From an uncultured bacterium (GTDB taxonomy: Bacteria > Patescibacteriota > Minisyncoccia > Phycocordibacterales > GWA1-40-21): a DNA stretch of 64,000 bases. Location of the stretch: NCBI GenBank assembly GCA_903832855.1, contig CAILDB010000003.1, forward strand, positions 15,398 to 79,397. Reading direction: 5' to 3'. The notes beneath the pieces were generated by a model. It made no database searches, was not told the origin of the DNA, and saw only the letters and a list, made by a program, of their open reading frames with translations. Below are positions 38,375 through 47,134 of the stretch, piece by piece; within the stretch, counting starts at the first letter, position 1; the number at the start of each line of letters is the position of its first letter. The position numbers and the translations under genes were made by a program.

Positions 38375-38433
38375 GGATTCCCGCCTTCGCGGGAATGACA
38401 GAAGGGATGGATTCCGTTCTCCAACGGAATGAC
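38375..38433. repeat. Two tandem dRS3-like palindromes
   Basis: ATTCCC-GCCTTCGC-GGGAAT-GAC (38377) and ATTCCG-TTCTCCAA-CGGAAT-GAC (38411). Confidence 0.75.
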
Positions 38434-38494
38434 GGAGAATGCAAGTACAGATATTGAAAAAGAAGCTGTTTTGTGGCAGAATGCTAAGAATGAA

Positions 38495-38632
38495 TCCCGT
38501 AGTAGAATTTCAAATTACTGCCTTTCGTTTTTTACTATAGGGTTGCCATTTTATCGAAATTATCAACATATTAATTAGAGTTTCAAATTGTAAATAGGGC
38601 AGTAAAAAACAATTTGAAATTTCACTACAGGA
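38495..38632. mobile_element. MITE-like element inserted at priA start
   Basis: A-TGAA-TCCCGTAGTAGAATTTCAAATT...AATTTGAAATTTCACTACAGGA-TGAA. Confidence 0.7.
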
Positions 38633-40533
38633 TGAAACTTATTGAAGTCATACCTATTTCTAGGGGCATACCAAAGGAGTCGTTGAACTATTTTTCGTCT
38701 GTTGCCGTGCCTGTGGGCTCGGTGGTGAAAGTTCCTCTTCGAAAGAAAATTATTCCAGCAATTGTCGTGTCGGAAAGAGATGTGGAAGAAGCAAAATCAG
38801 ATATCAAGAATTCTTCTTTTCCGCTCAGGAAAATTGAGAAAGCAAAATTCGCGAAATTTTTGACTTCGGATTTTGTGGAGGCCGGAAGAGAGACGGCAAA
38901 ATATTTTGCTGGCTCCACGGGCTCCGTTTTGTTTTCTTTGGTTCCAAAAGTTCTGCTTGAAAATGTGGAAAAAATAAAAATTCATAAGATTGAAGAGGCA
39001 GAAAATAAAAAAACTCAACATCATGAAAAATATGTTGTGCAGGCAACCGACGAAGAAAGATACGCAAATTATAAAAGTTTGATAAGAGAAGAGTTTGCAA
39101 AAAACTTGTCTGTTTTCTTTTGCTTGCCGACAATTCAAGATATTAAAAAAGCAACCGAAAAACTGCAGAAAGGAATAGAAAAATACACTTACATTTTGCA
39201 CGGTTCATTGAACGAAAAAGAAATAATAGAAACAGTCAATAAAATTCTCGCTGAAACACACCCTGTCTTGATCATAGGCACAGGAGGCTTTCTATCCATA
39301 CCAAGGTCCGACCTTGGCACTCTCATAATAGACAGAGAAAATTCTAGAGCATACAAAAATCAAGGACGACCATATCTAGATATCAGATATTTTGCGGAAA
39401 AGTATGCCGAACAAGCAAAAATAAAATTGGTATTTGGCGACTTACTTTTAAGGACGGAAACAATCTGGCGATTTAAAAATGGAGAGTTAGTAGAAATTTC
39501 TCCTTTGAAATTCAGATCACTTTCCACTATGACCGAGGAAATTATAGAAATGAAAGAAATTTCAGAAAATTCACTAGAGAAAAAGAAATTCAGAGTGATA
39601 AGTGACAGGTTGGAGGGCTTAATAAAGAAAAATATAGAAAATAACGAGCATCTTTTTATTTTTGTCGGTAAAAGAGGTCTCTCGCCTTCTGTCGTTTGCG
39701 CTGATTGCGGGACGATAGTGGCCTGTAGAACCTGTGGTGCTCATACCGTGCTTCACAAAGCATCGGAGGAAAACTTTTTCCTTTGTCATAAATGCGGAGA
39801 AAGGAGAAGTGCACTAGAAAAATGCGCAAAATGCGATAGCTGGAAACTCACGACTCTTGGAATTGGTTCAGAGCTCATTGAACAAATGCTTTTAGAAAAA
39901 TTCCCCAACCAAAAAATATTTAAACTTGACTCGGATAGTTCGCCAACACACAAAAAGGCCTCACAAATAATAGAAAAGTTTTATGCCTCTCCGCAAGGAA
40001 TTCTCATCGGTACAGAAATGGCACTTTTGTATCTTACAGAGAAAATTGAAAATTCTGCGGTTGTTTCAATGGATTCTTTTTTCTCAATTCCTGATTATAG
40101 AATAAATGAAAGAGTTTTAAATATTTTGCTTAAAATTAGGTCAATTACAGACAGAAATTTTATTATTCAGACAAGGGACTCTTCACAAAAGGTCTTTGAC
40201 TATGCTTCCAAAGGAAATCTCATTGATTTTTATAAAGATGAAATTTATATGAGAGAAAAACTCGGCTATCCACCTTTTTCTGTACTTATAAAAATAATAA
40301 TTGCCGGAACAAAAAATGAGGTTTTACAAAGTGTGGAATATTTACAAAAAGAACTCACACCATTTGAAATAAATGTTTTTCCTGCTTTCATCCCCGGAGC
40401 CAAAGGCAAATATGCCGTCAATGGAATTGTAAAAATCCCAAAAAAGGACTGGCCAAATGAAAAAATTCTCGGTGTCCTCAAAACCCTTCCACCAAACTTC
40501 TCGGTAAATATAGATCCGGAGAGTTTACTTTAA
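38632..40533 (+). CDS. priA: Primosomal protein N' (PriA) with degenerate helicase motifs
   Basis: GSVVKVPLRK 3'BD, two Cys-rich Zn modules, GIGSE, IQT, YPPF; Walker A/B not recognisable. Confidence 0.88.
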   Translation: MKLIEVIPISRGIPKESLNYFSSVAVPVGSVVKVPLRKKIIPAIVVSERDVEEAKSDIKNSSFPLRKIEKAKFAKFLTSDFVEAGRETAKYFAGSTGSVLFSLVPKVLLENVEKIKIHKIEEAENKKTQHHEKYVVQATDEERYANYKSLIREEFAKNLSVFFCLPTIQDIKKATEKLQKGIEKYTYILHGSLNEKEIIETVNKILAETHPVLIIGTGGFLSIPRSDLGTLIIDRENSRAYKNQGRPYLDIRYFAEKYAEQAKIKLVFGDLLLRTETIWRFKNGELVEISPLKFRSLSTMTEEIIEMKEISENSLEKKKFRVISDRLEGLIKKNIENNEHLFIFVGKRGLSPSVVCADCGTIVACRTCGAHTVLHKASEENFFLCHKCGERRSALEKCAKCDSWKLTTLGIGSELIEQMLLEKFPNQKIFKLDSDSSPTHKKASQIIEKFYASPQGILIGTEMALLYLTEKIENSAVVSMDSFFSIPDYRINERVLNILLKIRSITDRNFIIQTRDSSQKVFDYASKGNLIDFYKDEIYMREKLGYPPFSVLIKIIIAGTKNEVLQSVEYLQKELTPFEINVFPAFIPGAKGKYAVNGIVKIPKKDWPNEKILGVLKTLPPNFSVNIDPESLL

Positions 40534-40611
40534 ATTAAAGCGAGGTTGACAAGTTTAGTCAGAAATGTATAATTTTATTGGATGTAAATAGTAAACAAAA
40601 GGAGGTACACA

Positions 40612-40866
40612 ATGCCAATTCTAGGCGTAAAGATAGTAATAGTTCCAGATCAAGAAAACGGAATAGTGAAAATCATAAATGATCATCCAGGTTCGCAGTC
40701 TATGATATACAACCATATCTTGATCATCTATGATGATGGTACTTTCAAACTCATAGCAGCAATAGCGAAATCTTTCGGGCAGCATGGGGCCCGCACAATT
40801 GCTCTGGGAGTATCGTATGGTCTGCCGATTGAAACCGATCCAGACTTCTACAAAAAACTCAAGTAA
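40612..40866 (+). CDS. Small hypothetical protein (stand-alone cassette)
   Basis: TTGACA 40546 / TATAAT 40568, AAGGAGG SD, hairpin CCCACC..GGTGGG-T run. Confidence 0.7.
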   Translation: MPILGVKIVIVPDQENGIVKIINDHPGSQSMIYNHILIIYDDGTFKLIAAIAKSFGQHGARTIALGVSYGLPIETDPDFYKKLK

Positions 40867-40912
40867 GCTACCCACCAACGGGAAGGAAAATTCATCCTTC
40901 TGTGCGGTGGGT

Positions 40913-41154
40913 TTTTCTTTTGCAAAAATTTTGCTAAATAAAATAAACGAGCCAGTGTTGTCATATTTCTGTGTCCGCAGGCGAGCTTGCATGGCGCGAT
41001 GTGGTGTAATTTTGCGAAGTGTATTCACGAGCAAAACTATACCAACAGCGCAAGCCGCCGAGGATTAAGAAATTTTCCGGCTGGGGAAAATTTCTGCACA
41101 AAAATATGACAATACTGGCGAGTTTTTATTTAACAAAATTTTTGTAAAAGAAAA
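40913..41154 (+). repeat. Branched structured repeat family 2, copy 2 with extended outer arms
   Basis: Core matches 35250-35411; outer IR TTTTCTTTTGCAAAAATTTTG / CAAAATTTTTGTAAAAGAAAA. Confidence 0.88.
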
Positions 41155-41155
41155 C

Positions 41156-41977
41156 CTACCTTAAATCATAGTGCACCTTGTTGCCATAACGAAGATCTAG
41201 ATGATTGAGTTTGCTTAGAAACGCTGTGCTTGTGCTGATGGCATTACTTTGCAACATTGCGTCAATGTCACTCAAGCTTGTTTCAAATGTTTGAGATTCG
41301 TTGAAATTTATTTGTCCGCCAGCTTCAAGGTCAATTTCGTATTCATTATCGGGAAGCGATGACAAACTGACTGGTGCGAAACCAAGCTCTTTCAATTTAT
41401 TCATAAAAGCATAAAGTCGTAAAAATTTTGGATTGCCAACATAGGTATTGCCGATTGGATTTTCAAAAGTTCCGCCATAAAAATACAAAAAAGAATTACC
41501 AATAATTTCCGGAGCTTCCGTGTAAATAAATCCACTCTTGTCCAAAAAGTAACAGCTCTTTACTCCCCTTTCTTTGGACTCACACCAAATGCCGACAGGT
41601 GTCCTTTCCGAAATAATTATTTTAATAGAATTTTTGCCCGTAATTCTCACCAACGCTCTATCCACTTTTAGAAAATCCTTTTTCAACGAATTTCCTATTG
41701 TCATCCACGGTAGAATCAAAACATTAGAACGAGAAAAAAGCCCAAGGTATCTGCCATCCAAAGTCTTTTGCACATTTTGAGCCAAGTCATCTGCATTCAA
41801 GGTGGTCATCCCAACTACCTCTATCTTTTTTACATTCAAAACTCCGCTTCCAGAAAACCACGCAAGTGTTCCAAATAAAACAATAAATAAAACCAAAAAC
41901 CAAAGAAATTTTCTTCCCCAAATTATTCTCCTTCTCTGTTTCAGAGAATGTCTTATGTCTCTCGGCGAATTTGTCAT
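41156..41977 (-). CDS. ftsQ: FtsQ/DivIB-like POTRA protein
   Basis: Basic N-terminus, TM, VKKIEVVG, ISERTP, FLDKSG, LDLRYGNKV. Confidence 0.8.
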   Translation of the reverse strand: MTNSPRDIRHSLKQRRRIIWGRKFLWFLVLFIVLFGTLAWFSGSGVLNVKKIEVVGMTTLNADDLAQNVQKTLDGRYLGLFSRSNVLILPWMTIGNSLKKDFLKVDRALVRITGKNSIKIIISERTPVGIWCESKERGVKSCYFLDKSGFIYTEAPEIIGNSFLYFYGGTFENPIGNTYVGNPKFLRLYAFMNKLKELGFAPVSLSSLPDNEYEIDLEAGGQINFNESQTFETSLSDIDAMLQSNAISTSTAFLSKLNHLDLRYGNKVHYDLR

Positions 41978-41983
41978 TAAAAA

Positions 41984-43264
41984 TTAGGACTTTTTTCCGA
42001 TGTATTCTGCACCCCCCATATATTTTCTCAAAACCTCCGGAATCTTAATACTTCCGTCTTCTTGCTGATTATTTTCTACAATCTGAATAAGAATTCTCGG
42101 AGTTGCAAGCGCAGTATTATTGAGTGAGTGAGCAAATTTCATTTTTCCATCATCGTCTTTGTATCTGGTATTTAATCTTCTGCATTGGAAATCATGGAAA
42201 TACGAGCAGGAATGCGTCTCACCATATTTATTTTGAGATGGACGCCAAACCTCCACATCATACTTTTTCACCTGACCAAGCCCGAGATCTCCTCCACAAT
42301 TTGCAACCACATGATAAGGCAAATTTAAAGCTTGCAAAAGTTCTTCAACGTTCGAAAGAAGCTCTTCGTGAAGTGCAACGCTTTTTTCATGGCTTGCTTC
42401 ACACCATATTACTTGCTCAAATTTATAAAATTCGTGAAGTCTGTAAAGCCCCTTGACATCCTTGCTATAACTGCCCGCCTCCCTTCTGAAACACGGCGAA
42501 AATGCGAGTTTTTTGATAGGTAAATCTTTCTTGTCAAGTACCTTGTCAGCATTGTAGCTCATAGTCGCCACTTCGGCAGTTCCGGCAAGATAATCATTGT
42601 CTTGAGTCTTGTACAAATCATCCTCCCCCTGTGGCAAATATCCAGTTCCCAGAAGTGTTTCTCTACGCACGAGTGATGGCACAAACAAAAGCTTGTATTC
42701 ACTTTTCTTTTCTCTGAAAAAGTCCATCACAAATTGCCAAAGCGCAAATTCCATAAGTGCACCTTCGTTTTTCAAAAAGTATCCACGGAATCCGGCAACC
42801 TTTGCGCCAATTTCAAAATCCGCCAAATCCAATTTCTCCATCAGTTCAATATGATCTTTTGGTCTGTAAGTAAAATTTGGCTTCTCACCCCAAGCACGCA
42901 CTTCCACATTATCCGCGTCGCTATCGCCTTCTGGCACAGACATATCTGGAATATTTGGAACCTGAAGCATAAGAGCTTGCCAAACTTTCATAACTTCCTT
43001 CATTTTTTCTTCTTCTTTTTGAAGCTCATCTTTCAGAAGCTTCATATCTTCAAGTAGATTTTTCTTTTCTAGGGCGTCCTTCATAGAAGGTAATCTCTTG
43101 CTTGCTTCATTTTGTTTTGCTCTTTTTTCTTCAACCAAAAGTGTAAGAGCTTTTCTCTCATCATCGGCTTTAATAAGCGCCTCCACATCAAACTTCAAAT
43201 GCTTTTTCTTTGCACCCTCCGCAATCAACTCTTTATTTTCTCGTATAAATTTTATATCTAACAT
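41984..43264 (-). CDS. serS: Serine--tRNA ligase
   Basis: MLDIKFIREN, GTAEV, CFRREAG, HSLNNTALATPR. Confidence 0.98.
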   Translation of the reverse strand: MLDIKFIRENKELIAEGAKKKHLKFDVEALIKADDERKALTLLVEEKRAKQNEASKRLPSMKDALEKKNLLEDMKLLKDELQKEEEKMKEVMKVWQALMLQVPNIPDMSVPEGDSDADNVEVRAWGEKPNFTYRPKDHIELMEKLDLADFEIGAKVAGFRGYFLKNEGALMEFALWQFVMDFFREKKSEYKLLFVPSLVRRETLLGTGYLPQGEDDLYKTQDNDYLAGTAEVATMSYNADKVLDKKDLPIKKLAFSPCFRREAGSYSKDVKGLYRLHEFYKFEQVIWCEASHEKSVALHEELLSNVEELLQALNLPYHVVANCGGDLGLGQVKKYDVEVWRPSQNKYGETHSCSYFHDFQCRRLNTRYKDDDGKMKFAHSLNNTALATPRILIQIVENNQQEDGSIKIPEVLRKYMGGAEYIGKKS

Positions 43265-43350
43265 AATTCATATATTATCAAGAAAATACAAAATAGACAA
43301 CTCTTTTGCACATATTTGACTTTTGATAAAATACCGAATAATATAACATT

Positions 43351-43558
43351 AGGCACAAACTGGGAAATAGATGAGCAATACGCGAGTTATCTTCGGTAGG
43401 CATCAGCTACGGCCGAAAAGGAGCTCTCGTCCCATCAGCTTGTTGGCGAGGTAATGGCTCACCAAGGCTCACGGGTAGCTAGCGCGAGAGGGTCGCTGGC
43501 CATGCAGTTTGCGCTTAGCTCCGTTCCAATGTAATGTTGGGCGGAGCGCCTTTTTTTT
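43351..43558 (+). ncRNA. Putative small RNA built from 16S rRNA h7/h11/h12-like sequence
   Basis: GTCCCATCAGCTTGTTGGCGAGGTAATGGCTCACCAAGGC and GCTAGCGC-GAGA-GGGTCGCTGGC match 16S 5' domain; TTGACT-17-TAATAT promoter, closing stem, terminator. Confidence 0.65.
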
Positions 43559-43600
43559 ATTTCTACTTTTCATAAAAATAATATATAATCATTTGCAGAT

Positions 43601-44476
43601 ATGTCATTAAAAGATTTTGAAGTTTATACAATTAAGAAGGCAGAGATGCCCGAATTGCTTCAGGAAATTCCGGATTGCCCGGAAAAACTTTTTGTTCAGG
43701 GTAAGATGCCGGGACCAGAAACCAAATTGCTTTGTGTTGTTGGCTCTCGCAAATTCACACCATACGGAAAAGAGGCCTGCGAGAAGCTTATCTCTGGTCT
43801 TCGCGGATATGACATTACTATTGTTTCTGGACTTGCAATGGGAATTGACGGTATTGCACATCAAGCAGCACTTTCTGCAGGACTAAAAACTATCGCAGTT
43901 CCGGGTTCAGGACTTTCAGAAAAAGTTTTATCACCACGAACAAATATTCCTATTGCAAATAAAATTTTGGAATCAGGTGGTGCGATGCTTTCCGAATTTG
44001 AAATGGATTTCATCGCCACACCATATAGCTTTCCACAAAGAAACAGAATTATGGCGGGGCTTTCTCACGCCACACTTGTCATAGAAGCGGAAATAAAATC
44101 TGGCACACTCATCACTTCCAAATACGCGACAGAATACAACAGAGATGTCTTTACTGTGCCAGGCTCAATTTTTTCAAAAAATTCTGATGGCCCAAACATG
44201 CTTATCAGACTTGGTGCGACACCCATTCGCACAAGTTCAGATATTTTGGAAGCCCTTGGCTTCAAAACAGATGAGGAACCGCAAAATCTTACGCTGAAAT
44301 ATTCTGATTGCTCACCCGAAGAATTACTTGTAGTTGAAATTCTGCAAAATCCAATGTCAAAAGACGACCTCGTCAGAAAAATGAAAATGCCAATTTCACA
44401 AGCGAGTGCTGTAATTTCAATAATGGAAATAAAAGGATTGCTCGAAGAAAGTATGGGAGAAATGCGTTTGATTTAA
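43601..44476 (+). CDS. dprA: DNA-processing protein DprA
   Basis: VVGSRK, VSGLAMGID, FPQRNRIMAGLS, SGTLIT, VPGSI. Confidence 0.97.
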   Translation: MSLKDFEVYTIKKAEMPELLQEIPDCPEKLFVQGKMPGPETKLLCVVGSRKFTPYGKEACEKLISGLRGYDITIVSGLAMGIDGIAHQAALSAGLKTIAVPGSGLSEKVLSPRTNIPIANKILESGGAMLSEFEMDFIATPYSFPQRNRIMAGLSHATLVIEAEIKSGTLITSKYATEYNRDVFTVPGSIFSKNSDGPNMLIRLGATPIRTSSDILEALGFKTDEEPQNLTLKYSDCSPEELLVVEILQNPMSKDDLVRKMKMPISQASAVISIMEIKGLLEESMGEMRLI

Positions 44477-44551
44477 ATTTCTTGACTTTATTTTCATAAG
44501 TAGTATAGTTTTCAGGTACTGTTCTAGGAAACCGAGAAAAAAGGAGAAGTT

Positions 44552-44815
44552 ATGTCTAGGCGTCATGGATATGGTGAAAAGCCGAAAGTCAAAGGACGGG
44601 AGAACATGTCCAAAAGAGAAATAACGAGGTACGAGAACAAGGTCGTCTTGGTCGCTGGACAGGAAGTCATGTATGCGACCGAAAAGAAGACCGGGACCGT
44701 GGCTTCTGTGGAAGCAACCGCGTGCAATCTCGCGCTTGAAAAAAGCGGGTTTGTCGCCGTCTCGTTCGATGACGGACAACTGTGGATCGAACACGATAAA
44801 CTTGCGGCGATCTGA
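44552..44815 (+). CDS. Small hypothetical protein, SH3/KOW-like beta pattern (cassette between dprA and topA)
   Basis: TTGACT 44482 / TATAGT 44504, AAGGAG SD, terminator CCGGCGCA..TGCGCCGG-T run. Confidence 0.65.
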   Translation: MSRRHGYGEKPKVKGRENMSKREITRYENKVVLVAGQEVMYATEKKTGTVASVEATACNLALEKSGFVAVSFDDGQLWIEHDKLAAI

Positions 44816-44922
44816 AATAGCGATCGACCAAACCCCCGGCGCATGTAATTGCGCCGGTTTTTTTTGTAAAAAATAAAAAAAAATTTGCAACAAATGATAT
44901 TTGTGTGTAATACTATACATTA

Positions 44923-47100
44923 ATGAAATTATTAATTGTAGAATCGCCTTCAAAAGCGAAAACAATAGAAAAATATTTGGAAGGAGAATTTGTCGTCAAA
45001 GCGAGCGTAGGACACATTCGCGACCTTCCAAAAAGTAACAAACAAGCCATCGATATTCCCGGTGGTTTTATTCCCCATTATGAAATTTCCCCTGGGAAAG
45101 AAAAAGTTGTAGCTGAAATCCGTTCCCTTTCCAAAAAAGCTGATGAGGTATTGCTCGCAACCGACCCTGACCGAGAAGGAGAAGCTATTGCATGGCACAT
45201 CAAAGAGGCAGTGGGACTGAAAAATCCAAAAAGAATTTGTTTCTATGAAATTACGAAAGATGCGGTCAAAGAAGCGATTAAAAATCCTCGCGAAATAGAT
45301 GACAATTTGAGAAAAGCCCAAGAAGCGCGACGCGTGCTGGATAGAATTGTCGGATATGATTTGTCCGGTATGATTTGGAAAAAGGTGCGATATGGACTTT
45401 CTGCTGGACGCGTGCAATCCCCTGCCCTCCGTATAATAATGGAAAGAGAAAGAGAAATCCGCGCGTTTATTCCGGAAAAATTTTGGGTAATTACCGCAGA
45501 CACTGAAGCAAACAAAAAAGATTTGATTTCTTTTGTCTGTGAAAAAGAACCTCGTGATATTAAAGAAGTTGAAAAGATTCTTGAGGTTGGCAAAAAAGAA
45601 AAATGGACGATAAAAAGTGTAAATGAAACAGAAGCCAAAAGAAGTCCAAAAGCGCCATTTACAACTTCTACTTTGCAACAAACTGCAAGTACACGACTCG
45701 GTTTTGCTCCATCAAAGACGATGGGTGTGGCACAGAAGCTCTACGAGGCCGGTCTTATCACATACATGAGGACAGACAGCACAAATATGAGTGTGGTTGC
45801 ACTTGACCAAATTTCCGCAGTTGTAAACAAAGAATACGGTGCAGATTTTGCAAAAAGAAATGTTTACGTAACAAAAAGCAAAAATGCTCAGGAGGCTCAC
45901 GAAGCTGTAAGACCAACAGATATGAGTAAAAAGGTTGCAGGATTTACAGATGAACAAAAAAGACTTTATCGTTTGATTTGGCAGAGAACAATCGCTTCAC
46001 AAATGACAGATGCAAAAATTTTGAGAACAAAAATAACCGCACAAGTCGGTGATGGCACACAAACTCCGGATTTTTCTACAAATGGTTCGCGAACACTTTT
46101 TGAAGGCTGGCTCAAAGCTGACCCAGAAGCCAGAGGCGAAGATGTAGAACTTCCTGTAGTCAAAGATGGCGATGAAGTTAAATTACTTGAATTAAACAGC
46201 GAAGAAAAATCCACCGAACCACCAAACAGATACACCGAAGCTGGCCTCATTAAGGAACTAGAAAAAAGAGGTATTGGAAGACCTTCCACATATGCATCAA
46301 TTATGAAAACTCTTGATGAAAGAGACTACGTCAGAAAAGAAGGTAAGACGTTAATACCGACAGACACAGGAGATGTCGTAAGCACATTTCTTGAAAATAA
46401 TTTCGCAAACTATATCAGTGATACCTTTACTGCAGAAATGGAAGATGAGCTCGATGATATTGCAACTGGAAAAAGAGAATATTTAAAAACTCTTAAAGAT
46501 TTTTACGGACCTTTTGCAAAAGAAGTAAAAGAAAAAAATAAAATTGAAAAAGTAAATAATCTCGGCGAAGCGGATGAAAAACACAAATGTCCTGTCTGCG
46601 GTGGGCCGATGGTAATCAAACTTTCCAAAACTGGAAGATTTATGAGTTGTGCAAAATTCCCAGATTGTGTGGGAGCGAGAAAAATAGACGGCGAAGAAAT
46701 GGCTGGGCCAAAGGAAACCGGCGAAATGTGTCCGGAATGTAAAAAAGGTAAACTCGTAGAAAGAGAAGGCCGTTTTGGCAAATTTATTTCTTGTTCAAAT
46801 TATCCAAAATGTAAATTTATCAAAAAAGATGCCGAGCTCGAAAGACAAAATAGCACCGGTGTCGCCTGCCCAATTTGCAAAACAGGAATGATGACCGAGA
46901 GACGAGGAAGATTTGGTAACTTTTACAGTTGTTCAAATTATCCAAAATGCAAAAATATTACAAAAGCAAAACCAACCGGCAACATCTGCCCTACTTGTGG
47001 TGCCCTGATGATGGCCGGAACAAAAACAATTCCGGAAAGATGCTCAAACAACAAATGTCCAAACAACAGACCGGATAAATTGGAGAAAAAACAATCTTAG
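44923..47100 (+). CDS. topA: DNA topoisomerase I
   Basis: IVESPSKAK, ATDPDREGE, SAGRVQS, ITYMRTDS, C-terminal Zn ribbons. Confidence 0.98.
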   Translation: MKLLIVESPSKAKTIEKYLEGEFVVKASVGHIRDLPKSNKQAIDIPGGFIPHYEISPGKEKVVAEIRSLSKKADEVLLATDPDREGEAIAWHIKEAVGLKNPKRICFYEITKDAVKEAIKNPREIDDNLRKAQEARRVLDRIVGYDLSGMIWKKVRYGLSAGRVQSPALRIIMEREREIRAFIPEKFWVITADTEANKKDLISFVCEKEPRDIKEVEKILEVGKKEKWTIKSVNETEAKRSPKAPFTTSTLQQTASTRLGFAPSKTMGVAQKLYEAGLITYMRTDSTNMSVVALDQISAVVNKEYGADFAKRNVYVTKSKNAQEAHEAVRPTDMSKKVAGFTDEQKRLYRLIWQRTIASQMTDAKILRTKITAQVGDGTQTPDFSTNGSRTLFEGWLKADPEARGEDVELPVVKDGDEVKLLELNSEEKSTEPPNRYTEAGLIKELEKRGIGRPSTYASIMKTLDERDYVRKEGKTLIPTDTGDVVSTFLENNFANYISDTFTAEMEDELDDIATGKREYLKTLKDFYGPFAKEVKEKNKIEKVNNLGEADEKHKCPVCGGPMVIKLSKTGRFMSCAKFPDCVGARKIDGEEMAGPKETGEMCPECKKGKLVEREGRFGKFISCSNYPKCKFIKKDAELERQNSTGVACPICKTGMMTERRGRFGNFYSCSNYPKCKNITKAKPTGNICPTCGALMMAGTKTIPERCSNNKCPNNRPDKLEKKQS

Positions 47101-47134
47101 TTGATTTTTGCCACCAAATCTATACTATATAGAT

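Noticed and set aside
43351-43558. A true 16S rRNA gene or operon remnant
   Set aside because: Only ~130 nt resemble 16S, h8-h10 are missing and the flanks are non-rRNA; reported as a putative mimic instead
44950-45681. Long antisense ORFs within topA and other core genes
   Set aside because: Shadow frames of well-supported CDSs with no recognisable motifs
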